From Batkoa obscura (lineage: Eukaryota), in contig JASVEC010000118.1 of the NCBI GenBank assembly GCA_030770535.1, forward strand, positions 1 to 47,972: a stretch of 47,972 nt of DNA, given 5' to 3'. The notes under the pieces are model-generated. The model had not been told where the DNA came from. It ran no database searches and saw only the letters and a list, made by a program, of their open reading frames with translations. This document shows positions 13,441-25,192 of this stretch, one piece after another. Position 1 is the first letter of the stretch. Every line of letters starts with the position of its first letter. Position numbers and translations under genes: made by a program.

Positions 13441-14379
13441 TTAAGAGACTTGTCAAGGTGATACAAGGGAAGGTAACCATAATGTTTAAACCTAATACTT
13501 CTTGTGCTTTTTTGTTAACCTCTAGATAGAATCCAAGGTGTATAAAAACCTGACTTAATTAATCAAATAAACATTATCAGTCAAAAAAATTAACTAACAT
13601 ACTATACTATACTATACTATATGGTCAATAGGATACTTGTGTTTTTAAACTCAATATATTCAAGAATGAAACGATCAAATAAAATTTAACAAATTTGAAA
13701 AAATAATAGCGATAAAACCTTCCCAAAAATTAAATTACTCTTCTTGAATGATTGAGCTTGAGCTTTTACAAATTTCGGTCAATGAATTTTTTATTATTAG
13801 CAGTAGCAATTAAGTTAGCTTGTATATACGTCTCTAAAAGAGTAAAAAAGCCCCTGAACGGCTTTCAATAAATAAAATTACCGATAAAATGCCGCTACAG
13901 AAGAACTGAAACCAGAAATTGGATGTCCTCTATTTCATCACTCATTTAAAATCTAATAATGGTTGATTGAATTATTTTTTCTGTTACTTTCTCATTTAAT
14001 GAAGGGGAAGGTGTAACATAGTAATTTTCTTAAAAGTGCAAACAAATTCGCGAATCAAAAATTATTTAATGATCAATACTTATACTATAATACAAATATA
14101 TATTGTATAAGAAAACAAATAACTTAACTTATAAATCTATAGCTAGAAAATAGGTTGTATTGAAGTCAAACAATTCAATATTAGAGACAAATATAAAAAT
14201 CTAATGCTTAATGAAAAACATATAATTTACTCTATGAGTTTATACTACTATATGGTTTTTAAATAAATACATACATAAGATATTTTAAACTCAAGTTATT
14301 GATAAATTTAAAAAACTTATTCTGCATCATTTTAAATTTTAGCTCTTAAAGTTAAACTTTTAAAAACTTTTATTGAGAC

Positions 14380-14889
14380 TTAAAGTCTAAGTTTGAGTTG
14401 GATACGACTGACTTGTTTCTTGTTTGGAAGAGTAACAAGACCATCGACAAGGTAATTACCACCTGGGATATTGGAAGGAACCTCAACAACTTTAGTAATA
14501 ACGTGATCACCCTTCTGAATTGGGCATTTAAGTTTATCATCTTCAACATATTCACAGAAATCATAATCTTTATCAACAACAGTAAAAATACCAAGTTTAG
14601 CAGTAACATGAGCGTTGGTACCTTTAGAGATTTCTTGCTGAGCAGTACCAGTGATAGTCACGGTGAGTTTTTGTCCTCTTTTTGGTACACGTGGGTTGAG
14701 AGTAACCTTCTTGATCAAGAAAGCATCACTTGAAGAACCACAGTCATAGACGGTATCATCAGTGATTGGGCGGCAAGCAGCAGAGATAGCAAATCTTTCA
14801 CCATCAAATGGAGCATCGAATTTTAGCTCAATCAAAGCAGAGGCGCTGGTAGCAAGGGCAAAAAGAGCAAAGATCTGAGTGAGTTGCAT
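14380..14889 (-). CDS. Secreted ML-domain (NPC2 / PG-PI transfer protein-like) lipid-binding protein
   Basis: Signal peptide, then VYDCG..LIKKVTLNPRVPKRGQKLTVTITGT, YDFC..LKCPIQKG and VPSNIPGGNY, the typical ML-fold pattern. Confidence 0.9.
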   Translation of the reverse strand: MQLTQIFALFALATSASALIELKFDAPFDGERFAISAACRPITDDTVYDCGSSSDAFLIKKVTLNPRVPKRGQKLTVTITGTAQQEISKGTNAHVTAKLGIFTVVDKDYDFCEYVEDDKLKCPIQKGDHVITKVVEVPSNIPGGNYLVDGLVTLPNKKQVSRIQLKLRL

Positions 14890-16087
14890 TTTTATGACTA
14901 GGTTTGAGTAAATATTAAATTATCAAAGTATGATAAAGATATTATTGGTTTGATCCAACTTTATATACTATTTTCTGGTATAGTGCTTTTACCAGCATTT
15001 TGTTGTTTTATATATGTATGTCGTATTACATAGTTTTGATAGAACAAGAGCATACATATTTATAGTTTGGAGCCACAAAAATAGAACTAATTTTTTTCAT
15101 ATTTAGTAATTTTTTGAATTTGCGTATCGGTTATAATGAATGTTTTGATTTTTAAATCATCATCATTAATGTCAAAAACTATAATATTATGAAGCGATGT
15201 ATGCTTATTGATACAATTGCTAAATATTGTTTTATTTAACAACTCATCAACTATAACCTTTATCATATATAACAAGATAACTAAACATTGATTTGTTGTC
15301 TTTACTTTGTTAAGGCTTTAATATTTAGGAACATCCTCTCCATTTGAATACAAGGAAAGTGCTTTTAACACGTGTAACTTAAATTGGCTATACAATGGAC
15401 ATATATTTGTTTATACATATAATCATGTCAAATGATTAATGTTAGTAATACAATGTAACCCAAACTATACTCTTGTAAGCACGTTTTCATGTAATCAAAA
15501 AATACTAAAGAAATCAATAGCTGTTTTAATGCCTTATTAAATTTTTAGTAATAACACTACGCTTCTATAGCTATTTTCGGAAATGATCCCATCTTTTAGC
15601 ATACTAAAAATCTAGCATACTTCTAATTTTAAAACTATGATTGGATGCATTAAGTATTATTACAATATTATTTAAACTAATGTTGTTGAATAAAAACTCG
15701 AAATATTTGTTCTATAATTTATATTTCAAACATCTGATTAAAGACATTATTATTTTAAGTAATGATTTTTATAAGTACTTTATTTTGTTTTAATTATGTA
15801 ATAAACTGTAACAAACGATCAATTTTGTATTATTTTGTTTTAATTATGTGATAATAAAATTTAATTTTTTAAATTTTAACTATCCTTAACCATAATAGTA
15901 ATATGAAACCTTTTTTATATTATATGAAAGCATAAGTTAATAAATTATAAATGAGGCAAAATAAATAATTAGAAAATGTTTTATTACATATAAACAATAT
16001 TATATTGTCATACGCGTTAATCAACAAAGAAAGCAAAAAATCAAATGAAAATGATCAAATTTAATAAAAATATTTAAACCAATATAT

Positions 16088-18529
16088 GAGGCTGTCCTAA
16101 TTGGTTTCAGAATCTACTTGGAAATTAATCCAAATTTAAAATTCCAAGTTTGTGTTCAATATAACGGTTAAATCTAAAAAGCCTAAAATTAAATGTCTCT
16201 ATTTAAAACTTATTTTAATTGTTTCCTTTTCTTAAATAGCTAATTTTCCTAACTATATATTTTATGTTAGTTCTGTTAGATATTTAACAGATATATAATA
16301 TATAACTATATGATTATATAATTATATAAATACACTTATTTGACTTTATTTTTTGTTGAAATAAAAATAAAATGCAAACTTTCATAACTAAACTTCGAAA
16401 TGGAATTTTTGAAAACTTCAATACAATAGGGAGGAGTACACAATATAAACATTGTAATTCATTTACATCAATTTTAAGAGCTACTTATAACAACCCAAGG
16501 TTTATCGAATTTTATAATAAAACAAAACAAAGAAAAGATATATTATCAAAGTTTACTATCGATAATAATAAACTTAATCAAGTAATGTATAAAATTAGTG
16601 CTTTAAGGGAAACAGGAAACAAAAGTCAGCAAGTAGCGTTATTATCAACTATAGCTTCAGTATATTCTTTTGATGAGTGTAAGAGTTTTGGGTTTAATAT
16701 AAATAGAAATCAATATGATTATTCAAAAACAAGCAATAATAATAAAATATCAACATTAAAACCTATTATTAAAAATACAAAATAAATTAAAGATGACCAA
16801 ATTGAAACTATTATACAATATTTACTAAATGATTCAACTATTTCATCAAGATTTAATAAAAAAAGTAACGATAGTAAATATTCATCAGATAATATATATA
16901 TATTAAATAAAAGTAGAAGAATGATATATAGTAAATATTTGAATGATCTAAGAGATAAAGCAGTAGCTAGGTCAACGTTCTTTAAATATATACCAACTAA
17001 TTTCAAAAATCCAGCAAGAAAAACGGATCTATGTAATATATGTACCCAGTATACAGTTAGAAAAAAGTTATTTGAAAATAAAATAAATACAGCAAAAAAC
17101 AAAGCAGAGATACAAGAAATTTTCAACGAAGAAGAAAAATTATACAAATTACATAAATTCTGTGTTGATACTCAAAAAAACACATTTAATGAAACTATCA
17201 AAAAATTAAATAACAAAAGTTGTATAATAGTTTTAGATTTTAAACAAAATATGGAAATAGGGACAAGGCCAGATTCAATAAATCTAGATCATTATAATAA
17301 ACAAGCTATATCAGTATTAGGCTTTGGTGTATTATATTTAAAAGATGATAAAACAATAGGCAAAGTTTACTTTGATTATTTATCTGAAATATTGAATCAT
17401 GATTCAGCATATGCAGGAGATTTTTTAATCGATTTGATCTCTACAGAGCTTCTATTTAAAAAGTTTACAAAAATTAATATATGGGCAGATACAGGAAATC
17501 ATTTTAGATCCCAAGAGTTTCTACACTATATGTTTAAAGAAATTCATAAAATAAATAGTAGTTTGAATGTTAATCTTAATTTTTTTGCTGAGCATCATGG
17601 AAAAAGTATAGTTGATGGACATTTTGGAAACCTTTCAAAATGGAAAAGTAGTTTTGAAGCGTTAGGTAAAATAGAAGATATCGATCAATTAATTTCAAGA
17701 TTTGAGGCTTTTATTTGCGAGCATAATAAAATTAATAACTCGACTGTTAATAATGGGAAAACAGATATAATTTTTAAAAAGTATAAAAGAAACAAAAATA
17801 CAAAAAGAATAATAGAGACCCAAAAGACATTAAAGAAGTGTTTACACTTTATTAAACATAACAATAAACTACATTGTTATCCAGTATCTGATACATCAAA
17901 AAAAAGCGATATAGTCCCAATTAAAGTTATAGAGTCTATAGAAAACAGAAAAATTAAAAGATCGATCCCAGCTTACCTTATGAAGATAACAGAGAATTTA
18001 AAAATTTCGATATTTACTAAGCAAGTAAGTAGTTTGTTGAATGATAGAAATAGATTGTTAAATGTTAGGATTACTTAAGTTATTAATAGCTAAGTTAATA
18101 AATAGTCAAAGAACAAGTAACTGTAATAATATGTAAAAACTATTATTACTTGTACTATATAGGGATGGTTAATTATAGTTTTGGGGCTAACCACTCTCTC
18201 CCATGCAGCTATTTATTAACTTGGCAATATATTAATAATGTAATTATAACATTAAAATAGTTTATTTATTTGATAATAAATCTACAATGTTAGTTATAAA
18301 GCGGTTGATAATAAATATTTCTCAATTAAGCTTTATAAGAACATGTATTTAAGATCTAGTAGAAATTCAAGTAACTTACAGTATGAGCTATAATAGAATG
18401 ATTTAGAACTGTGTTTGGGTACTTTTGTTTTAATAAAAGATGTGATTTTATAGAATTTTAAGCGAAGTTTTTAAAATACAAAATTTTTCAAAAATTGGAT
18501 AAAATAATGAAACTAATTCAGACAACCCC
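16088..18529 (+). mobile_element. Sola-type (Sola2-like) DNA transposon, copy B (2442 bp)
   Basis: Ends GAGGCTGTCCTAATTGGTTTCA...TGAAACTAATTCAGACAACCCC. ATAT duplication at 16084-16087 and 18530-18533. Confidence 0.9.
16372..18078 (+). CDS. DDD transposase (568 codons including one internal in-frame TAA at 16783-16785)
   Basis: ORFs 16372-16785 and 16921-18078 are in one frame with a single stop between them. Motifs TDLCNIC..H, VLDFKQN, IWADTGNHF and NFFAEHHGKSIVDGHFG resemble the Sola2 catalytic blocks. Confidence 0.8.
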
Positions 18530-19989
18530 ATATAGTAAAAGCGCCCTTTTATTAAAAGAAGGTAACGATGCAACTGTATAACGAGAACTAGACGAATTGT
18601 TTTAATTTAAGATTGGTTATAAGGCATTTATACTTTGATCTCGGTTTAACCCACTGTTTACATGTTATTAATTTTGAATCTCAGTTCTTATTTCTAGTTT
18701 AGAAGAATATCGTTTCTTTGGTATACTTTAACTTCAAGTTATTTTGATAAGTCATGGAGTTATAATATATTGTGATAACCCTGGTTTAAATAAATGAGTT
18801 TTTTAGGAATAAAATTCAGGTCATTCTTTAAAAAACCAAAAGTTAAAAAAAGTTTATTAGGATTATTTGTTCGCATCATCATCTTTTTCCAAGCCTTTAA
18901 AATTTACATAAGGGAGTAGTAATTTTATATTTATTTTAGTATATAAGCTTATTAATTTCCTAGTTTACTCTCATTTTTAAACGTCGAATAAAAGCTCTGT
19001 GGATGAATCCGATAAAAAAAGAACTAGGGGTAGTGTTATAATAATTTTAATCTTTTTAGATATTTAAGAAATTGCCAATTCTGCTTGTTTTTATGCAGCC
19101 TTATCTATTTATGAAGCAGTCTAAATGTAAACGACCAAAAAAATAAATACTTATAGTATATTTAATCACAGTAAAACCTTATTAATTTTATTTAGTGATT
19201 TTTTTATATTATAATCAACTTGTACCCTTTCTCTACATTTTAAGCAAGCTCTTTATTAGCTTTTTCGTTGAGTATGCTAAAAAATCAATTAAATCTTCTA
19301 GTTTTTAGATTTAAATCTACAAATTTAAATATTAAAATATCACTCTTTGTATTATTTGGATTGCTAGTTTTACAAAAATCAACAGGAGAAAAGTTGAACC
19401 TTGGATTTAAATTAACGTATCATGATAAAATCGTATTAAGTTTAAACAGATATATAAAAGCAGAATAATTTTAAAAAAATTTAATATCTTAAATAAACTA
19501 TACTTAAGGAATAATCAGCAATATTTCAACAAAAAGTTGTAAAGCAGTAGACTAACGTACTAAATAGCTTTTGTTGATCTTAAAATAGGAAATTAATGGA
19601 TGCTGATTACTAGCAATAAGTACTTTTGATGACTGTAAAACTATACAGCTGTTAAAGCTCAATTTGCAAAATAGAAATTTTTATTTTAAAATAAATATCT
19701 AAGCATTGAAATAAAAATCAGTTTTAACCACTACACGACTGAATATTAACAGTTGTCAACCGAAATTATATACCCTTGTTTATAAGCTATTAGCCTATGA
19801 TGAATTAGTTGATGGCTTATAATAAATATAATATATCATGAAGGATATACGAATTGACAAGTATTATAGAACTATTACAAACGATGGAGTATATAAACAA
19901 ACAAAATACAAAGTCAAAATACTATCGATCTATTTCAGTATTCACTATTCACTGTATACTGGGATACACTTAAAAATTGATTATAGAGC

Positions 19990-21074
19990 GTGAAATCTTT
20001 TATTAATACTTATCTCGTTCTTAGCTATTATTTCTGCCTTAAACTTACTGAAAATAATAACTTAGTTAGCGATTAAGCAATAGCTGCTAAAAGATATAGC
20101 TATGGAACTAAATCAAGTGATGATTACGAAAGTAGTCCAAGTAATAGTTATAATCGATTTGATCTATCAGAATTCTTAAGATGATATTTTAAATATTCTT
20201 GGTACTGTATAGGTTAAGGACACGATTATTTAAATAGGTCAGGGACATATAAAAACTATGATTATTTAAGGAAGAATGCAGCATATGGAAATCATGGATT
20301 ATATAGATATGGTGGTTGTCCTGGAAATCATGAATCATATAGTACTCTAGGTTAGCTAAACGTCAAAAGCATTCCGATGCCTCAGGATGATTAGGCGCTT
20401 CAATAATCCTGTAAATCCCAGGCCAAATATATATTGAAAATCTAACTAAAGCACCAAAACAACTAAGTGATTCAAGCATTTATAGAACTCCACAACAACC
20501 AAATATCCTGAATCCATTTAAAGCTCTAGAGTAATTAAATATTCCAAGCATCTCCGGCACCTCGAAGCAGCCAAGTATCGAAACCAAATGTAAAATCTAA
20601 CAAAAATCAAATATTTCAACTTTATCAGACATTTCAGGGCAATCTGGAACTTGGAAATTGTTCGATGCTCTAGAGCAAATAAAAGATCCAGGCTCATCTG
20701 AAACTCTAAAACAACCAAGCGGCTCAGAATTTTCTAGAGTTTCAGAAATAGCAGACAATCATGGCCTTTTCGGTAGCTCAGGCTCTTTAAATAACCCAAA
20801 ATGACCAGAATATTCAACGCGATTAAAAACTTCAGGACAATTAGATATTAAATGATCTTCTAGTAACTCAAGCTCTTCAGATATTTCAAATTCTTCTAGT
20901 GGTCCGTGCCCTTCCGATGATTCAAAATCCTCTAACGGCTCAAACTCCTTATGTAACCCAGGACCCTCTAGTTATCCAGGATCTTCTAGTAGCTTAGGAT
21001 CTTTTAGCCGCCCAAGCTCATCTGAGCATCATAATAGTTACGGAAGTAATGAAAATAGTTATAGTGCTTACTAA
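19990..21074 (+). pseudogene. Decayed secreted collagen-like (Gly-X-Y) gene
   Basis: TATATAAA at 19890, and GTG at 19990 opening a signal-peptide-like stretch. From 20287 to ~21026 nearly every third codon is GGN or a G>A derivative (AGT, AGC, GAT, GAA, AAA, AAC), e.g. CCA GGA CCC TCT AGT TAT CCA GGA TCT TCT AGT. Several stops and frameshifts. Confidence 0.7.
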
Positions 21075-21717
21075 GGTAAAATGACCTATTTTGGTGTGAT
21101 GAAGTATTAAAAATTTTATTTGGATAGTTTTATCAATTATTTGATCTATGTTCATATAAAATGAGTTCTAAATTATATGTAAGATACCGACTTGGTGTTT
21201 ATGATTGACTATTTTGAAAAGTAGTATTAAAGTATTTTAAAAAGTAATTGGTAGCAAACAGTAGCGGTAAAAACCATAAGTTTAATAATGATATTATGTC
21301 AAAACAAACAGTATTTATAATACGATCCTCAGAATACTCTACTATTTTAATTTCATGTCTTTTTAGCTGAATGGTGCTGTAAATCTAATTTATGGTTATG
21401 CCATATTATGTTAGGCATTGCTTCAATCAAAAGATAATCTGATGTTATAATTTTGTTCAAAATTAAAAATAGTTTGAGGAAGTATATGTGTGATATTATT
21501 AACATTCATTATTATAAAATCTGATTCAGCATCAAGATAGGCTAATGTTAAAAAGAGGAACTTTAGTTAGCTTTATAAAGTATCCTATACTAGACTATAA
21601 ATAGTATCATCTGCTCACGCTATAATCATAATCATTCCTTGTGTTGGTAGATTCTATAAATAAATAAAATTACATTTAATGAGCTCAAAAGTTAGTACCA
21701 ATTGACATTTAATATAT

Positions 21718-21816
21718 GGGGATGTTTTTTTTGGCTTCGTTATTTTTTCCATCTTTTAAGCACTATTCGAGTGGAAAAGTTATTAGTAAAATTCTTAAAC
21801 ACAAAAATACATCTCC
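21718..21816 (-). mobile_element. MITE copy 5
   Basis: GGGGATGTTTTTTT...AAAAATACATCTCC, flanked by ATAT/ATAT. Confidence 0.85.
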
Positions 21817-23185
21817 ATATATATATTGACATAAAGATTTTTTTCGAATATCTAACTGGCTATTCTTTAGGCTTCAGTTTGATAAGTAAAACACTATCAA
21901 ATATATTAAGGTTAAGCAACGTTCATGATGTCTTTTTTATCAAGGCTTGCCTTTTATGAAGCATTTTATTAGTGTTTTTTCCTATATTCCAATAAACCAT
22001 AATCTTTTATTATGCTTTAAATGATCTTAAATAATCAAATCTATTGGCTAACATTATTATGTTATAACAATTATATTCAAGGATTATTAACAGATTTTTA
22101 AGGGGTATAGCGCTTTTTTGATAGTTTATATCATACATTCAATATATTATAGTTTGAAGCTAATTTAATGTCATATTGCGCTTTGCATAGTTATAGAAAT
22201 ATTTATCAAAACAACCTATTTTATTCTAGATACGAATTCAGTTAAACATGCCAAAAAGGCACCTTTGTAGTTTTATAATTTTTAAACAATTTTTATTTGT
22301 CGCTAATGTTTTACATATAATAAATAATAGTATGCAGCATTTCTTTAAAAGTTTATAAAGTTTTAGAACTTTCTCGGTTTTAGTACAAAAACAGCCACCT
22401 TTATTCACCTGTTGAAACAATGGCCATTATGGAGTTCCAACTTGCCATATTCTTAAACGAATTCATTTTTAGAGTACTAAACTAACTAAACATATCAGGC
22501 TAATTAGCTAAGAACAAGCTATTACTTAAACCTATATGAATTTACCATTTTCAAGATAAAAGTCTATTTTTATTCTCTTTGTAATAAATAATGTCATTCA
22601 AAACAAAAGCTTAGTTTGATTGTACCACTGATAGTAGCCATTTAATGCTCTTGTGTAAATACTTGAATATTTCTTCATAATATGTTAAATTATATTACAC
22701 GTGCTAAAAACTGAGCTGTTTATCTCTAGTTTTATAAAAAGACTAAGAAGAAATAGTCAAATATAATAAAGTAGCAAAGTATTAAGCCGCTATCCATTAC
22801 GTTTAAAAAAGAGATAAATAAATAACTAAAACAAAAATTAAAATTAAAAACACTTTTATTAATAAATAAGCTTTCAATAAACAATCAACTGTCATTTACA
22901 CAATTGACCTTTTTAATATTGATAACAAATTAAAGATTAAAATGTTCATCTACATTGAAAATATCATAGAAATACGATTACTAAACATAAGTATGATGGT
23001 TCTATTTTCGGTGGCACCAACCCTAAAACTAAAAATTATTATAGTCTATCAAAGCTATTTAATAGAAATTCTATATCAAAATAGTAAACTATGGTAATGA
23101 AAAAGAAAGTATATAAAGCTAAAATATAGCTTTTATTATTATCAAATATTTGTAGTTTAATTTGCACTTGAATTCAATTGTAAAG

Positions 23186-23695
23186 ATGCAATTTACTCAA
23201 ACCTTTATCTTTATGGCTCTTGCTACTAGTGCCTCTGGGCTTATTGTCTCAAATTCAGATTCTCTTTCTGACCTCCAAACATTTTCTAGCTCCGCTTCTT
23301 GTCGCCCAATCACTGATGACACCGTATACGACTGTGGTTCCCCGAGCGATGCTTTCTTAGTTAGCAAAGTAGCTTTATTCCCACGTCTACCAGAACGGGG
23401 CCAAAATGTCACAGTTACAATCACTGGTACTGCTCAACAGCAGATCATCGAAGGTACAAAAGCACATGTCATTGCTAAGCTTGGTCTCATTACTGTGATA
23501 GAAAAGGATTACGATTTTTGTAAAGAGATTGAGGAGGGTAGTACTAAATGTCCAATTCAAAAAGGCGATAATGTAATTATTAAAGTGGTTGAAGTACCAG
23601 CTAATATACCAAGTGGGAGATATGTCGTTGATGGAGTTGTTACTCTACCTAATAAGAAGCAAGCTAGCCATTTGAAGTTCAAAGTTATTCTTTAG
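23186..23695 (+). CDS. Secreted ML-domain (NPC2-like) protein, paralog of 14380-14889
   Basis: ATG at 23186 (MQFTQTFIFMALATSASGL). Shares CRPITDDTVYDCGS, KDYDFC, KCPIQKGD and VTLPNKKQ with the paralog; both 169 aa. Confidence 0.9.
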   Translation: MQFTQTFIFMALATSASGLIVSNSDSLSDLQTFSSSASCRPITDDTVYDCGSPSDAFLVSKVALFPRLPERGQNVTVTITGTAQQQIIEGTKAHVIAKLGLITVIEKDYDFCKEIEEGSTKCPIQKGDNVIIKVVEVPANIPSGRYVVDGVVTLPNKKQASHLKFKVIL

Positions 23696-24233
23696 TCATT
23701 AATAAATGATTGACAGTTAAACTAGTGTTTATGAGTTTATGTTATACTATCTTTTTTTAAATTTTGCACTTTAGTTAACACTAAAAGTGAAACCGATATG
23801 CTCTATCCTTTAATCATATCTAAATATACCTTTATTAATGTGAAAATAGCTTCTAAAATATTAAATTAGTTTATTTTAGTTTTATAATCTATGTATGATT
23901 ATATTAAGTTGGTTTATTTTAGCTTTATAGCCTATGTACAATTTTGTTAAATAGTTATGACTAATTTTTGAGATAACTTTATTAAAGTTTACATAAAAAA
24001 GGTGATTCAATTGATTTAATAACTTAAAGATAATTAAATGTCATATAAATTTAATTTGTTTGATTAAGTGAACTCAATTTATGATAAACTCTTAAACAGT
24101 CCATATTGAAAAATAAATTTTAATACAATGTCTATAGTATTTCTTATGTTCACTATATTAATTTAAACATGAAATAAATTAAAAATGACAAGTTATTAAT
24201 CCATTTAATATTAGCTATTACAAAAATAATATC

Positions 24234-24412
24234 GATAACATAAAATTACTGATAAAATTACTGATAGTATAGATAAGTAATATGATAGACAATAACTAAA
24301 AACAGCTCACCAACATGAACACATACAAAGGAGAGACTATAAAAACCCAATATTAACCTCCAACAAATTATAAAAAAGGTGTTCTAAATACTTAACAATA
24401 CTATCTTCCAAA
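24234..24412 (+). promoter_or_regulatory. Promoter of repeat-protein gene 1: GATA cluster and TATA box
   Basis: Five GATA cores at 24234-24287 and TATAAAAA at 24338, 75 bp upstream of the ATG. Arrangement is conserved in the two paralogs. Confidence 0.55.
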
Positions 24413-25192
24413 ATGTTCAATAAAGTGCTTTTATCTTTGACTGTTGCTTACCTTGTAAACTCTGCTCACTTATTTACCATCAATCAGCCAAACAACATTA
24501 GTTTGTCTGGTAGATTTAACCTTGCCGACACTCAATCTGGCGCTACTACTTGCGGAGGTGTGCCTTGTAATCAAGTAGTTCAACCATGCGGTCAACCTCA
24601 ACCTGAGCCACAACCCCAACCCCAACCTCAACCTCAGCCTCAACCATGCCCACAACCTGAACCACAACCTCAACCTGAACCCCAACCTCAACCTCAACCT
24701 GAACCACAACCTCAACCTCAGCCATGCCCACAACCTCAACCTGAACCACAACCTCAACCACAACCTGAGCCACAACCTCAACCTCAGCCATGCCCACAAC
24801 CTGAACCACAACCTCAACCTCAACCTGAGCCACAACCTCAACCTGAACCACAACCTCAACCTGAACCACAACCTCAACCTGAACCACAACCTCAACCTGA
24901 ACCACAACCTCAACCTGAACCACAACCACAACCACAACCATGCCCACAACAAGTCGCTCAGCCCAGTCCAAACATTTACTTAACCCAGAATGTCAACGTT
25001 AAAGGCAGTAAAGCTGAAGTCGAACAAAAACAGCCAACCCCAATTTATGATCAAGGACAACAACAAGTTCAAGCACCTTGTGCATCATGTGGTAATATGA
25101 TGCATGGTTACGGCGGATGTCAATCATGCGGTGCAGTTAATGCTATGTTCCAAGGTATTGCTGGATTTAAAAGAACTCTTGGAGGATTCTAA
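24413..25192 (+). CDS. Secreted Pro/Gln/Glu/Cys-repeat protein 1 (259 aa)
   Basis: Signal peptide MFNKVLLSLTVAYLVNSA, QPEPQP/QPQPCP repeats, PNIYLTQNVNV, C-terminal PCASCG..GYGGCQSCG. Confidence 0.9.
   Translation: MFNKVLLSLTVAYLVNSAHLFTINQPNNISLSGRFNLADTQSGATTCGGVPCNQVVQPCGQPQPEPQPQPQPQPQPQPCPQPEPQPQPEPQPQPQPEPQPQPQPCPQPQPEPQPQPQPEPQPQPQPCPQPEPQPQPQPEPQPQPEPQPQPEPQPQPEPQPQPEPQPQPEPQPQPQPCPQQVAQPSPNIYLTQNVNVKGSKAEVEQKQPTPIYDQGQQQVQAPCASCGNMMHGYGGCQSCGAVNAMFQGIAGFKRTLGGF
24593..24950 (+). repeat. Coding minisatellite (CAACCTGAACCACAACCT-type units)
   Basis: Directly visible tandem units encoding QPEPQP. Confidence 0.9.

Noticed and set aside
18079..18529. Possible Fanzor/TnpB-type guide RNA system in the transposon tail
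   Set aside because: The element encodes no RuvC-type ORF; the single protein carries only DDD transposase motifs.
20035..20065. TGCCTTAAACTTA resembles the 5' end of U12 snRNA
   Set aside because: The branch-pairing AGTAAGGA and downstream stems are missing, and it lies in the leader of the collagen-like pseudogene.
21702..21959. 85 aa ORF and other short AT-rich ORFs (e.g. 15087, 19268, 22238, 10162, 16719)
   Set aside because: They overlap MITEs, lie antisense to the transposase or use non-ATG starts, and show no recognisable protein features.
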